A stretch of DNA of 64,000 nucleotides from an uncultured Candidatus Saccharibacteria bacterium (GCA_964372905.1 CAYJQY010000002.1:38796-102795), one strand, 5' to 3'. Shown: positions 19,201-27,951, counted from the stretch's first letter. A program made the numbers and translations. Notes: generated by a model not told the origin, from the letters alone.

Positions 19201-19320
19201 GAGCACTACGCCAAAAAACTCAAGCCGCTCATGGAAAATGCCATCAAACTTTCCGTACCCGTGGGCGTGGAAGCCAAAGCCGGCAAAAATTGGGGGGAGA
19301 TGCATCGCATCGACGCCTAA
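16273..19320 (+). CDS. polA: DNA polymerase I (5'-3' exonuclease, 3'-5' exonuclease and polymerase domains)
   Basis: N-terminal 5' nuclease (LVDGNALIHRGYHA), polymerase motifs (LSLDYSQIELRI, QVHDELVFE). There is an approximately 45-aa Ser/Ala-rich insert before motif C and a Lys/His-rich linker (PAHHHKKGGEKYE). Confidence 0.95.
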   Translation: MPKTAASTPHLRYMLVDGNALIHRGYHAIPGLATKAGEPTGAVYGFTTILLRAIKDLKPTHIACAFDLEGPTFRHEQYKEYKATRLKAAQELYDQIPRVHDVARALNIPIFEEQGFEADDVLGTLAKKIYKKYHPRPSLVTRADEKGDDKVVADIAEIMIVTGDLDTLQLVNHSIKVYTLRKGITDIAVYDAAAVRERYGLTPEQMIDFKALRGDPSDNIKGVKGIGEKGAADLIKEFGSLDKLYEAIKSGKAEGKIKPRTLELLKAGEDDARLSYELSVIKCDLDIDADIAPYEFTEKNLNQTVKLFQELEFHSLINKLPKNYLGLAGPKDAASSKKSKGKIKAGKDLAEEVEFAEAPAEVPEAAKPAHHHKKGGEKYELVDDEAKLEDLIKKLDKADEFAVDTETTGLDAIRAQLVGVSVSATPRRAFYIPAALVENSAALKRLLESARHKKIGHNIKYDLLVLQNAGISLGGAHFDTMLASYLLNAGTRQHNLDTLAFNELGYQMQPIDELIGKGKKQITMDLVDPAKVSWYACEDADMALQLKHRFEPELKKHELDKIFYEIEMPLMPVLAGMERAGIKLDSDLLKELGRAVEKRLHAIERDIYKHAGKEFNINSPIQLREILFRDLGLISVDNKKTKTGVSTAAAELEKMIGQHPIIEKILEYRELSKLQSTYILALPELVNPDTGRIHTSYNQTVAATGRLSSSDPNLQNIPIRGERIGAEIRKAFVAERGYELLSLDYSQIELRIVAHLSQDKNMMRIFKNDEDIHTNTAMEVFGVGAEQVTGDMRRDAKTINFGILYGLSAFGLSSRIGQIERHSAREFIGKYFAAYPGMKKYIDEIKEAVHRDGFVRNELGRLRRFPEIKASNFQVRAAAERQAVNFPIQSLAADVIKVAMINIIKELNGQSETSSASVKGVVGRADPHDTQGHAVSKDASASSAVHNIQRDAARSEITMLLQVHDELVFEVKTSRVEHYAKKLKPLMENAIKLSVPVGVEAKAGKNWGEMHRIDA

Positions 19321-19604
19321 GTTATCTCCATTCTTCATAAAGATTTTAACTTCTGTTTAAAATGTCTTGACTGACATTGTGTTATAGTGGATTTATTCGG
19401 TTATTGAATGTTGTGGATATTGCAATGCGCAATTTTTATACATACTACGAAATTCAGTCGTTGCATATTTCGCAACAGTTAATGCGTTTCGCGATTTAAA
19501 AAATTTATTCTTCAATAAGCTAATAATGGTATTTCCAGTATTGGTTTGGACAAGACTAAAATTGAACTATTCGGAAATTATGAATAGTTGAAAGGAGCTT
19601 ATTT

Positions 19605-20621
19605 ATGGCAGAAATTTCTAAAAATCAACCAAAAGGTGAAATTGTAATTTATAACGATTCGCAAGGCCCGGCTATTGAAGTTAAGATGGAGAACGAAACT
19701 GTTTGGCTTTCTAGCGCACAAATGGCCGAGTTGTTTCAAAAAGACATAAAAACTGTTGCAGAACACATTCGTCATATTTATAGGGAAAATGAATTAGATA
19801 AAGGCAAAACTACTCTTAAACAAGCCAATGCTGGTATTTCCAGCATTGGCTCAAATAAGCCAACTATTTACTATAATCTCGACGTCATTATCTCCGTCGG
19901 CTACCGCGTAAAATCCAAGCGTGGCACCCAATTCCGCATCTGGGCCACGCAGAGGCTGCGGAATTATATCCTGCAGGGCTATCTTATTAATGAGCAGCGC
20001 TTGAAAGAGCGGCAAGACATTAAGTTCAAAGAGCTTGATGGTGCCATTAAATTATTGCGCAGCGCTGTGGAAAATCGCCGACTTGAGGGTTATGAAAAAG
20101 AATTATTCAACATCATTACCGAGTACGCCAGCACGTGGGTTTTGCTCAATCGCTACGATGCCGGCACGCTGGCGCTGAAAAAAACCACCAAGGTCATGCC
20201 GTATAGTTTGGAATATGACAGCATCAAAAAGTCCATTGCACGCTTCAAGACGAGATTAATAAAAGATAAACAGGCCAGCGAGTTGTTCGGCAAAGAAGTT
20301 GAGTCAAAGTTGAAAGCGATTTTAGGAAATATTGAACAAACTTTTGCCGGCAAGCCGCTTTACGCCAGCTTGGAAGAGAAAGGCGCGCACTTATTGTACT
20401 TCGTCATCAAAGACCATCCGTTTGCCGACGGCAACAAACGCATCGGTTCGCTATTATTTTTGCTTTATCTGGTGGAGAACAATCGCGTCTACAATAAGCG
20501 CGGCGAGCGGCTAATTAATGATAATACTTTAACCGCGCTTGCATTGCTCATCGCCGAAAGTAAACCGGATAATAAAGAAGTGATGGTGGCTTTGGTAGCT
20601 AATTTAATTGCAAAAAAATGA
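19605..20621 (+). CDS. RhuM-family N-terminal domain fused to Fic/Doc-family domain (Doc-type motif HPFADGNKR)
   Basis: N-terminus resembles RhuM (TVWLSSAQMAELF...ISVGYRVKSKRGTQFRIWATQ). The C-terminus has the Fic/Doc core HPFADGNKRIGS, with NKR as in Doc toxins. An AT-rich 285-bp region lies upstream. Confidence 0.75.
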   Translation: MAEISKNQPKGEIVIYNDSQGPAIEVKMENETVWLSSAQMAELFQKDIKTVAEHIRHIYRENELDKGKTTLKQANAGISSIGSNKPTIYYNLDVIISVGYRVKSKRGTQFRIWATQRLRNYILQGYLINEQRLKERQDIKFKELDGAIKLLRSAVENRRLEGYEKELFNIITEYASTWVLLNRYDAGTLALKKTTKVMPYSLEYDSIKKSIARFKTRLIKDKQASELFGKEVESKLKAILGNIEQTFAGKPLYASLEEKGAHLLYFVIKDHPFADGNKRIGSLLFLLYLVENNRVYNKRGERLINDNTLTALALLIAESKPDNKEVMVALVANLIAKK

Positions 20622-20962
20622 CAAATTTTTTTAAACCCACTCGCGGACGAATGAAGTGGTTTGGGTTGATATTCATTATTGCCGTATTGGTCGGCTGGCT
20701 GACCGCGCAGCGCATTTTGGATTGTTTATTTTCTTTCGGCTGCGATTCTACGAGCATAATCGGCGTGCTGGCATTTATTGTATTTTGGCCGGCTATTGTT
20801 ATGATAAATCTGGCCGAGAGTTTGCCCAGCGGTCTGGCCAACTCCCTTGGTTACGCCTGGCTCGTTGTGCCCGTGGCCGCAGAGTTTATATATTTGTATG
20901 TAATTGCTTGTTTGGCCGACAAGTTTTTTAAAAGGGTCGGCAATGCAGGTGTTAATAAGTAA
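20618..20962 (+). CDS. Small multi-TM membrane protein overlapping the Fic/Doc gene stop (ATGA)
   Basis: 114 aa with 3-4 TM helices. The 4-bp start/stop overlap suggests translational coupling with 19605..20621. Confidence 0.45.
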   Translation: MTNFFKPTRGRMKWFGLIFIIAVLVGWLTAQRILDCLFSFGCDSTSIIGVLAFIVFWPAIVMINLAESLPSGLANSLGYAWLVVPVAAEFIYLYVIACLADKFFKRVGNAGVNK

Positions 20963-20969
20963 ATACAAA

Positions 20970-21003
20970 AAGAACCCCTTTCATTTAAGGGAATTCTTTT
21001 TTA
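20970..21003. terminator. Bidirectional rho-independent terminator between the islet and rpsT
   Basis: CCCTT-TCATTT-AAGGG hairpin with a T-run on the + side (AATTCTTTTTT) and an A-run on the other. It sits between the convergent ends at 20962 and 21018. Confidence 0.5.
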
Positions 21004-21017
21004 ACTTTAATCTGCCG

Positions 21018-21284
21018 TTATTTCTTCAGCTTGCCGATGCGCCTGGCCATGCGCGACTTTTTGCGCGAGGCTGTATTTTTATGAAGCACGCCCTTTTTGA
21101 CGGCCTTGTCCAATGCAGCCATGGCGAGCCGCAGGGCTTCAACGGCTTCCGTGGCCTGGCCGGATTCAATGAATTTCTTCACCTGTTTGGCCGCGTTCTT
21201 TACCTTGGCTTTGGTTTTGGCATTGATGAGATGGCGGCGGCGCGACTGGCGCATGGCCTTGGCCGCGGATTTGGTGTTGGGCAT
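21018..21284 (-). CDS. rpsT: 30S ribosomal protein S20
   Basis: 88-aa basic protein (MPNTKSAAKAMRQSRRR...KKGVLHKNTASRKKSR) typical of S20. Confidence 0.9.
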   Translation of the reverse strand: MPNTKSAAKAMRQSRRRHLINAKTKAKVKNAAKQVKKFIESGQATEAVEALRLAMAALDKAVKKGVLHKNTASRKKSRMARRIGKLKK

Positions 21285-21298
21285 TTAATCAAATTAAA

Positions 21299-21790
21299 TT
21301 ATTTATAGTAACTCTTGATCTGGAACAATATCCACAATCCTATGATGCCGCCAATAATTCCGCCGATGGAGAAGTAAACAATGTTGCTGACGAATGAGAG
21401 CAGCGCGGCGTAGTAGAGCAAGCGCCAGCCGCCGTAACTGTGCTTGAATAGTCCAGGCAGGGCGAACAGCTCCAGCAGGAGCGAGGCGCCGAACACTATC
21501 ATGCTGATGGTATAACCTAACCTTCCGGCGATGCCGCCGAACATCATGGCACCGGGGATAAAGACGCTGCCGATTCCCAGCACCACCAGAACGGCCGGTA
21601 CTGACAGAATAAAGATAATTAGGATCCAGGGAATGGCGGTCACCAGGCGCTGGCGCCAGACCGCGGGAATCTGCGGCGCTTTGCGGCCGAGATATTCATC
21701 GAGAAAATGCTCGAGCTGGGCTAGGGGGTTGCCGGATTTGCGGCCGCCAAGGCCCTCCTGCGGCTGATGTGAAGAATGTTGTTCTTCCAT
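21299..21790 (-). CDS. Hypothetical membrane protein
   Basis: 163 aa with a hydrophilic N-terminus and then 4 TM helices. No recognisable motif. Confidence 0.4.
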   Translation of the reverse strand: MEEQHSSHQPQEGLGGRKSGNPLAQLEHFLDEYLGRKAPQIPAVWRQRLVTAIPWILIIFILSVPAVLVVLGIGSVFIPGAMMFGGIAGRLGYTISMIVFGASLLLELFALPGLFKHSYGGWRLLYYAALLSFVSNIVYFSIGGIIGGIIGLWILFQIKSYYK

Positions 21791-21898
21791 ATTTTTTTGT
21801 TACATTTAGGTTCATGGGCACGGCGGTGACCGTACTTAAATTATTGTAGCATTAATTGCAGTAAAGTGACAATAAAAAAAGTTACTCAAGGGGCTTTT

Positions 21899-23977
21899 TT
21901 AAGCTTTCTTAAGCTTTGAGATTTTTTTTATCTCGCTAATCTTGTCCCTTAATTGTCCCGCCAGCTCAAATTCCAGGTTTTTGGCGGCCAAATCCATTTG
22001 TTCATCCAATTCGTCCAGATAGTATTTGAGTTCCTGCTTGTCCATTTTGGAGATGTTAACGGCGCGCGGCGCTTCACCGCTCGGCAGGGCTTCGCCCCCG
22101 GTCCCGCCGCCGATTTTGCCGCCGGCCAGGCGCGATTCCATGATTTTTTTCTGGATTGATGCCGGCGTGATGCTGTGCGCAGTGTTGTAATTTCTCTGAA
22201 TTGTCCGGCGGCGCGTGGTTTCTTCCCTGGCCGCTTTCATTGAGCGAGTGATGCGGTCGGCATACATAATGACATGGCCGTTAATGTGGCGTGCGGCGCG
22301 GCCCATGATCTGCATGAACGAGGTTTCGCTGCGCAGGAAACCTTCTTTGTCTGCGTCTAAAATGGCGACCAAAGAAACTTCGGGCAAGTCCAGTCCTTCA
22401 CGGAGCAAGTTAATACCGATGACTACATCGTAAACGCCGAGCCGCAAATCGCGCAAAATTTCCAGGCGGTCAAAGGTTTCCACTTCCGAGTGCAGATATT
22501 GGGCTTTGACGCCGGCCTCCTGAACATACTCGGCGAGCTCCTCGGCCATGCGTTTGGATAGCGTGGTGACTATGACGCGTTCGTGGCGGCCCACGCGCTC
22601 GCGAATCTGTTCCAGCAAATGGTCAACCTGATTTTTGATGGGCTGAATTTCAATGGTGGGGTCAAGCAGGCCGGTGGGGCGGTTAATCTGCTCAACTACG
22701 GTAATTTTTTTGAGATCCTGCAAAGATGGCGATTTCCGAGATTTTTTCAGTTTGAGATTTTCATTTTCCAATAAACTTTTTTTCAATTCATACGGACCGG
22801 GTGTGGCAGATACAAAAACCACCTGGTTGATTTTTTTCTCAAACTCCGCAAATTTTAAGGGACGATTGTCCAGCGCGCTGGGCAAGCGGAAGCCGTAATC
22901 AACCAAAGTGGTTTTGCGTGAGCGATCGCCTTCGTACATGGCGCCGATTTGCGGCACGGTCTGGTGCGATTCATCAATAAATAATAAAAAATCATCCGGG
23001 AAATAATCAATTAGAGTTGAAGGCGGCTGACCGGCGATGCGGCCGTCCAAATGCCGCGAATAATTTTCAATGCCGGCCACGAAGCCCGTGTTAGTGAGCA
23101 TTTCTAAGTCAAAATTCGTGCGCTGCTCAATGCGCGCGGCTTCCAAGACCTTGCCTTGGCGCTTGAATTCTTTGATTCGTTGTGCCAATTCCTCGCGAAT
23201 GTTATCTATGGCCGCCTGGATTTTCTCTTCCGGCGTCACAAAATGCTTGGCCGGGAAAATTGTGATTGCATCAAGTTCATCCAACTCCTCTCCGGTCAGC
23301 AAATCCATGCGGATAATTTTTTCCACGGCATCACCAAAAAAATCCAGCCGGATTTTCGTGTCTTCCGAGGCCAAGACGATTTCCATGGTGTCGCCTTGGA
23401 CGCGGTAAGTGCCGCGCTTGAGGTCGTAGTCATTCCTGTGGAATTGCATGTCCGTGAGGCGGCGCAATAAACTGTCGCGCTTCAGAGTTTGCCCGAGTTT
23501 TATCTCCAGAGACAACTGCAAATAATCCGCCGGATTGCCCAAACCGTAAATGCACGACACCGAAGCCACAATCAAAACATCTTTGCGCGTAAGTAGTGAC
23601 TGCGTGGCCGCGTTGCGCAGGCGGTCTATTTCTTCATTGATGGCCGTGTCTTTTTCTATGTAGGTGTCGGTGCGGGGGATGTAGGCCTCGGGCTGATAGT
23701 AATCGTAGTAAGATACGAAATAATGAATGGCGTTGTGGGGGAACAATTCCTGGAATTCGCTGGCCAGTTGCGCGGCCAAAGTTTTGTTGTGGCACATAAC
23801 CAGCGTTGGTTTCTGGATTTGGGCCACGACATTAGCCATGGTGAAAGTCTTTCCGGATCCAGTAGTGCCTAAAAGCGTCTGGAAACGGTACCCGGATTCC
23901 AGAGATTTTATGAGCCCGGCAATGGCCTGGGGCTGATCGCCGGCGGGCTGGTAGTTGGTAACAAGTTTAAATTCCAT
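21899..23977 (-). CDS. uvrB: Excinuclease ABC subunit B
   Basis: MEFKLVTNYQPAGDQPQAI...GTTGSGKTFTMA at the start chosen, helicase motifs and a C-terminal UVR region. The listed ORF extends 59 codons further upstream, which is unlikely to be real. Confidence 0.92.
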   Translation of the reverse strand: MEFKLVTNYQPAGDQPQAIAGLIKSLESGYRFQTLLGTTGSGKTFTMANVVAQIQKPTLVMCHNKTLAAQLASEFQELFPHNAIHYFVSYYDYYQPEAYIPRTDTYIEKDTAINEEIDRLRNAATQSLLTRKDVLIVASVSCIYGLGNPADYLQLSLEIKLGQTLKRDSLLRRLTDMQFHRNDYDLKRGTYRVQGDTMEIVLASEDTKIRLDFFGDAVEKIIRMDLLTGEELDELDAITIFPAKHFVTPEEKIQAAIDNIREELAQRIKEFKRQGKVLEAARIEQRTNFDLEMLTNTGFVAGIENYSRHLDGRIAGQPPSTLIDYFPDDFLLFIDESHQTVPQIGAMYEGDRSRKTTLVDYGFRLPSALDNRPLKFAEFEKKINQVVFVSATPGPYELKKSLLENENLKLKKSRKSPSLQDLKKITVVEQINRPTGLLDPTIEIQPIKNQVDHLLEQIRERVGRHERVIVTTLSKRMAEELAEYVQEAGVKAQYLHSEVETFDRLEILRDLRLGVYDVVIGINLLREGLDLPEVSLVAILDADKEGFLRSETSFMQIMGRAARHINGHVIMYADRITRSMKAAREETTRRRTIQRNYNTAHSITPASIQKKIMESRLAGGKIGGGTGGEALPSGEAPRAVNISKMDKQELKYYLDELDEQMDLAAKNLEFELAGQLRDKISEIKKISKLKKA

Positions 23978-24073
23978 TATTGTCAGTAAAATTAGATATA
24001 TGATGATTATATCCGCTTGCCTGTTTGTTGTCGAAAACATTTTTTGCTGCTTCATTTCTGATATAATACCCAT

Positions 24074-25036
24074 ATGCTCAATGTCATTGAGGTAACGGAT
24101 TTGCGGAAAACATATAAACTGCCCCGGCGGGCCAGAAAAAACGGCCAAAGCCAACTCGAAGCCGTAAAAAGCATTTCTTTTGCCGTGCGCCAGGGTGAAA
24201 TTTTCGGCATTCTGGGCCCCAACGGCGCCGGCAAAACCACCACGCTAGAAATTTTGGAAGGGCTGAAGCAGCCGTCGGCAGGAAGTTTGAAAGTCTTGGG
24301 TTTGGACGCGGTAGCAGAGACATCCCAAATCAAAAAACGCATTGGCGTCCAGCTACAGTCCAGCGAATATCTCGCCAATATTACTTTGGCTGAATTGCTG
24401 GAGCTGTTCGCCTCGCTCTACGGTAAACAGGCAGATGTTAGCCGCTTGTTAGGATTTGTCGGTCTGCAGGACAAGCGGCACGAACAAGTGAAAAATCTGT
24501 CCGGCGGCCAGAAACAGCGGTTCACCCTGGCAACTTCGCTCGTGAATGAGCCGGAAATTCTGTTTCTGGATGAGCCAACTACGGGGCTGGACCCGCGCGG
24601 GCGCCGCGAGGTCTGGAAACTGGTCCGGGATATTAACGCGCGCGGCATCACCATTGTTATGACCACGCATTACATGGAAGAGGCTGAATATCTTTGTAAC
24701 CGGGTGGCCATTATGGACGAAGGAAAAATTTTGGAGATTGATGATCCGCGTACACTTATAGATAATTTATCGCACACAACCCAAGTGTCTTTTTTCACGG
24801 ACGCCGCGGTAGACGCTAATGTTTGGCAAGCTATCCCGGAAGTTGAAAAAGTTTACAGCAACTACCCCAAAGTCATTCTGGAAATTACCAGCCTGGATTC
24901 CATTTCGCGCATTGTTAATCTGCTGCGCCAGCGGCAGATTCCCTTCAGCGGTTTCACCGTTAAGACCGCGGCGTTGGAAGATGTTTATTTAGATTTAACC
25001 GGCCGCGAATTCGGCCAGGACGATAATATGTTATAA
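24074..25036 (+). CDS. ABC transporter ATP-binding protein (ABC-2/drug-export type)
   Basis: Walker A GPNGAGKTT, signature LSGGQKQR and Walker B ILFLDEPT. It is divergent from uvrB. Confidence 0.85.
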   Translation: MLNVIEVTDLRKTYKLPRRARKNGQSQLEAVKSISFAVRQGEIFGILGPNGAGKTTTLEILEGLKQPSAGSLKVLGLDAVAETSQIKKRIGVQLQSSEYLANITLAELLELFASLYGKQADVSRLLGFVGLQDKRHEQVKNLSGGQKQRFTLATSLVNEPEILFLDEPTTGLDPRGRREVWKLVRDINARGITIVMTTHYMEEAEYLCNRVAIMDEGKILEIDDPRTLIDNLSHTTQVSFFTDAAVDANVWQAIPEVEKVYSNYPKVILEITSLDSISRIVNLLRQRQIPFSGFTVKTAALEDVYLDLTGREFGQDDNML

Positions 25037-25140
25037 GTTGCCTCGCCGGTTGCCCGCAAGTAGCAGAGTTGCGCATATGTCTCTCGGTGCAAATGCTGCT
25101 TGCGTGGCAAGCCGGCTCGGCAATTCACAATCTCTACGAT

Positions 25141-25881
25141 ATGTCCTTCTGGCAACTGTTCAAAACTAATTTACGCGTAATCTACCGCAATCGCAGCGGC
25201 ATTTTTTGGACGCTCGTGATGCCTGCGTTCATTTACATTGCTTTGTCCATCTTGCCCATCGGCAGCTTTCTTGGCGGGCAGTTGAAATATTCCAATTATG
25301 TTCTTCCGGGTATTGTGGCCATGACCGTGATGCAGGGCGGCATTTACGGCCTGGCTTACTGGATGGTGGATTTGAAGACGCGCGGCGTGCTCAAGCGCTT
25401 CATGGTCACGCCCATCAACAAAACCGAATTGATTTTGAGCCTGGTGGCGGCGCGCATTGTGGTTATGTTCATTCAAGTGCTGATTTTAACCTTGCTCGGC
25501 GTACTGGCATTTAATGCTACATTCGCTGGCAATATTCTTGCGCCGCTGGTTTTGGTCCTGCTCGGGGGCTCGGTATTTTTGCTGCTCGGCCTGCTCATTT
25601 CCAGTTTTGCCGATACTTACGATGCAGCCGCGCCGATTACCGCCGCGATCGGCCTGCCGCTGACCTTCCTGGGCAATATTTTTTATCCGGTTGAATTATT
25701 GTCTCATGGGCTGCAGCAGTTTGCCAAAATTCTGCCCATCACTTATTTGGCCGACGGCCTGCGCGCGGTGTATCTTCAGCCGTTTAGTTTTGCTTTAATC
25801 GCCAAGGATGCGGCGATTTTGGCGGCCTGGGGATTAGTTATTTTGGCGATAACAATTTGGCGATTTCGTTTGAAGGAATAG
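25141..25881 (+). CDS. ABC-2 type transporter permease
   Basis: Six TM helices. ATG at 25141 is preferred over the upstream TTG at 25069. It follows the ATPase gene. Confidence 0.7.
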   Translation: MSFWQLFKTNLRVIYRNRSGIFWTLVMPAFIYIALSILPIGSFLGGQLKYSNYVLPGIVAMTVMQGGIYGLAYWMVDLKTRGVLKRFMVTPINKTELILSLVAARIVVMFIQVLILTLLGVLAFNATFAGNILAPLVLVLLGGSVFLLLGLLISSFADTYDAAAPITAAIGLPLTFLGNIFYPVELLSHGLQQFAKILPITYLADGLRAVYLQPFSFALIAKDAAILAAWGLVILAITIWRFRLKE

Positions 25882-26164
25882 CTTTGATCGGAATTTTCCA
25901 GGCGAGACCAAGAGCTTGGGCGATGCTTATGCCTACCCGGATGCCGTTGAACGAACCGGGGCCAACGGCAACGGCTATTTTTGTGATGACATTCGGTTTG
26001 ATTTTTTGCCCGCGCAAAAATTTGTCCAGCAAGGCCACGGTTTGATGATTGCCGCCAGCCGTAAGTTTATATTTTTTTGAAATTAAACGGCCTTTTAGTT
26101 TACCCTCATTTTTTAGAGAGAATTTAACCGAATTGAATTGGCTGGTATCGATGTAAAGAATCAT
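25838..26164 (-). CDS. tsaB: Short TsaB-like protein (YeaZ/inactive Kae1 homologue, N-terminal domain only)
   Basis: MILYIDTSQ...IAVAVGPGSFNGIRVGISIAQALG. Only about 109 aa, and the 3' end overlaps the convergent permease gene. Confidence 0.6.
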   Translation of the reverse strand: MILYIDTSQFNSVKFSLKNEGKLKGRLISKKYKLTAGGNHQTVALLDKFLRGQKIKPNVITKIAVAVGPGSFNGIRVGISIAQALGLAWKIPIKAIPSNEIAKLLSPK

Positions 26165-26192
26165 GGGTGAAAGAATTATTACTGTGCAAAGT

Positions 26193-27581
26193 TTAGTGGG
26201 GGCTTGAAAGATTAGCGAGCGCTTCCCTCGCCACAGCCCGATCATCCCAGTCAATCATCTTACCGCGGGCCAAAACCATTTTTTGCTCTGCGCCTTTGCC
26301 GGTAATTAAAATCAAATCATTGGACTGGGCTATCTGCGCGGCCTGGGTAATGGCTTTTTTTCGATCCAGTTCGATAAAAAGATTTTGGTTGATTACTTTA
26401 CCTTGCTGCCGCGCGCCCGCCGCCATCAGTTCCGCCAACGCGCCCGGATCATCATCATAAGGATCATCAGTGGTAATGAGAATGATGTCGGCATGTTTGG
26501 CAACGAGTGCCCCGAGTTGAGCTTTGTGGCCGATGTCGCGCCCGCCGCCAGTGGGGCCGAGCACGTGAATAATGCGCTTGCGCGGCCAGCGGCGAACAGT
26601 TTCATAAAGCTGGACCATACCCGTGGGCTCGTGGGCGTAATCAACCACGATGCTAAATGGCTGTCTTTGAATAACTTCGACCCGGCCCGGCACAACTGCG
26701 ACTTGCTCGAGCGCGTACCGGCATTGCTGCAGAGAAATACCAAGCGCTTCGGCAGCGGCAATGGCGGCTAAAGAATTATAGACGTCGAACTGGCCTTTGA
26801 GTTGGATTTTGAACTCCGAACCGCGCAGACCAAAATTTGCCCCTTCCGGAGAATATTTAATGTCCGTTGCCGCAAAGTTGGCGTCGGTGCGTTTCACGCC
26901 AAAACTGACGTGCTGATCGGCTTTGAAGTTGAGAAAATACTGCCCATATTGGTCGTCGAGATTGGCCACGATGGTTTTTTTCAAATCAGGATTGATGGCC
27001 AGCTTGGCCGGCGTAAGCGGGTGCCGGGACAGCGTCTTGAAAAGTTTAGCCTTGGCTGCTTGATAGTTTTCAAAATTTTCGTGCGCGTCCAAATGCTCGG
27101 GTGAGAGATTGGTAAAAACCGCAACGTCAAAATTGATGCCGGCATGGCGATTCTGCCATAGTCCTTCGCTGGTCATCTCTAAAACAGCGTGCCGTACGCC
27201 GCTGCGTACCATGGCGGCTAGCCATTTTTGTAGCAGCCACTCCGATACCGTACTCATTTTGTAAGGGTTGAGCTGCGCTTCTTGGACCGTTCCCGGCCCT
27301 AGTTTGAAGTTGGCCGTGCTGGCAAATCCGGTAGGGCGCCCTGCCTGTTCTAAAATCGCGGCGATGAGATTGGTGGCCGTGGTTTTGCCTTTGGTGCCGG
27401 TAACGCCAATGACGATGAGTTTGTTGCTGGGATTTCCGTAATACGCGGCTGCCAACCGGGCCAGCAAACCGTGATAATATGGCCGAATGAACCGGAGCCA
27501 TTCCTCCGGTAAAAGTTTTTTGATAAGCCGCCGCATGGGTTTATTATATAGAGCGTCGCTTATTTGTCGATAGTTCGGCAA
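26193..27581 (-). CDS. murE: Mur ligase, MurE-like (UDP-MurNAc-L-Ala-D-Glu:diamino acid ligase) lacking the DNPR motif
   Basis: P-loop GVTGTKGKTT and the MurE-like VPGRVEVIQRQPFSIVVDYAHEP. The C-terminal ITTDDPYDDDP replaces DNPR. An alternative start lies at 27536. Confidence 0.6.
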   Translation of the reverse strand: MPNYRQISDALYNKPMRRLIKKLLPEEWLRFIRPYYHGLLARLAAAYYGNPSNKLIVIGVTGTKGKTTATNLIAAILEQAGRPTGFASTANFKLGPGTVQEAQLNPYKMSTVSEWLLQKWLAAMVRSGVRHAVLEMTSEGLWQNRHAGINFDVAVFTNLSPEHLDAHENFENYQAAKAKLFKTLSRHPLTPAKLAINPDLKKTIVANLDDQYGQYFLNFKADQHVSFGVKRTDANFAATDIKYSPEGANFGLRGSEFKIQLKGQFDVYNSLAAIAAAEALGISLQQCRYALEQVAVVPGRVEVIQRQPFSIVVDYAHEPTGMVQLYETVRRWPRKRIIHVLGPTGGGRDIGHKAQLGALVAKHADIILITTDDPYDDDPGALAELMAAGARQQGKVINQNLFIELDRKKAITQAAQIAQSNDLILITGKGAEQKMVLARGKMIDWDDRAVAREALANLSSPH

Positions 27582-27612
27582 TCTCGTATACTTTATTCAG
27601 AGTGAACTTGCC

Positions 27613-27951
27613 ATGGAAAACTATCAACTCAACTTGCTGACTTTTCCGGCGTGGTGGTACACGCGCGGCCTGTGCACGGTCTGGACCTGGGCCAAGAACC
27701 GCGCGCGCTACGATCTGCGCGCTACCGGCCTGGCGCTGTTCAGCCGTCATTTGGCCGAGCCGCTGTTCGGCGATTACACCCGCTCGGGCCGTTTGGTGGG
27801 TTTCTTTTTGCGCCTGGCCATTATCATTTATAAAGTTTTGATGTTGGCCATCCGCGTTATTTTGATTGGCGCGGTTTTGCTCTTTTATTTAGTTGCCATT
27901 CCATTGGTTATTATCATGATCATTAATCAGCTGTTCATAGTGTTCGGCTAG
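27613..27951 (+). CDS. Small membrane protein, hypothetical
   Basis: 112 aa with a hydrophobic C-terminal half (LAIIIYKVLMLAIRVILIGAVLLFYLVAIPLVIIMII). Confidence 0.4.
   Translation: MENYQLNLLTFPAWWYTRGLCTVWTWAKNRARYDLRATGLALFSRHLAEPLFGDYTRSGRLVGFFLRLAIIIYKVLMLAIRVILIGAVLLFYLVAIPLVIIMIINQLFIVFG

Noticed and set aside
19321-21003. Looked for integrase, transposase, tRNA attachment site or direct repeats bounding the Fic/Doc islet.
   Set aside because: None is visible in the window. It is reported only as a compositionally atypical islet, not as a defined mobile element.
23978-24154. 59-codon upstream extension of uvrB (MALAVFSGPPGQF...).
   Set aside because: The conserved UvrB N-terminus begins at MEFKLVTNYQPAGDQP. 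The extension would run through the divergent promoter region and into the ABC transporter gene start.
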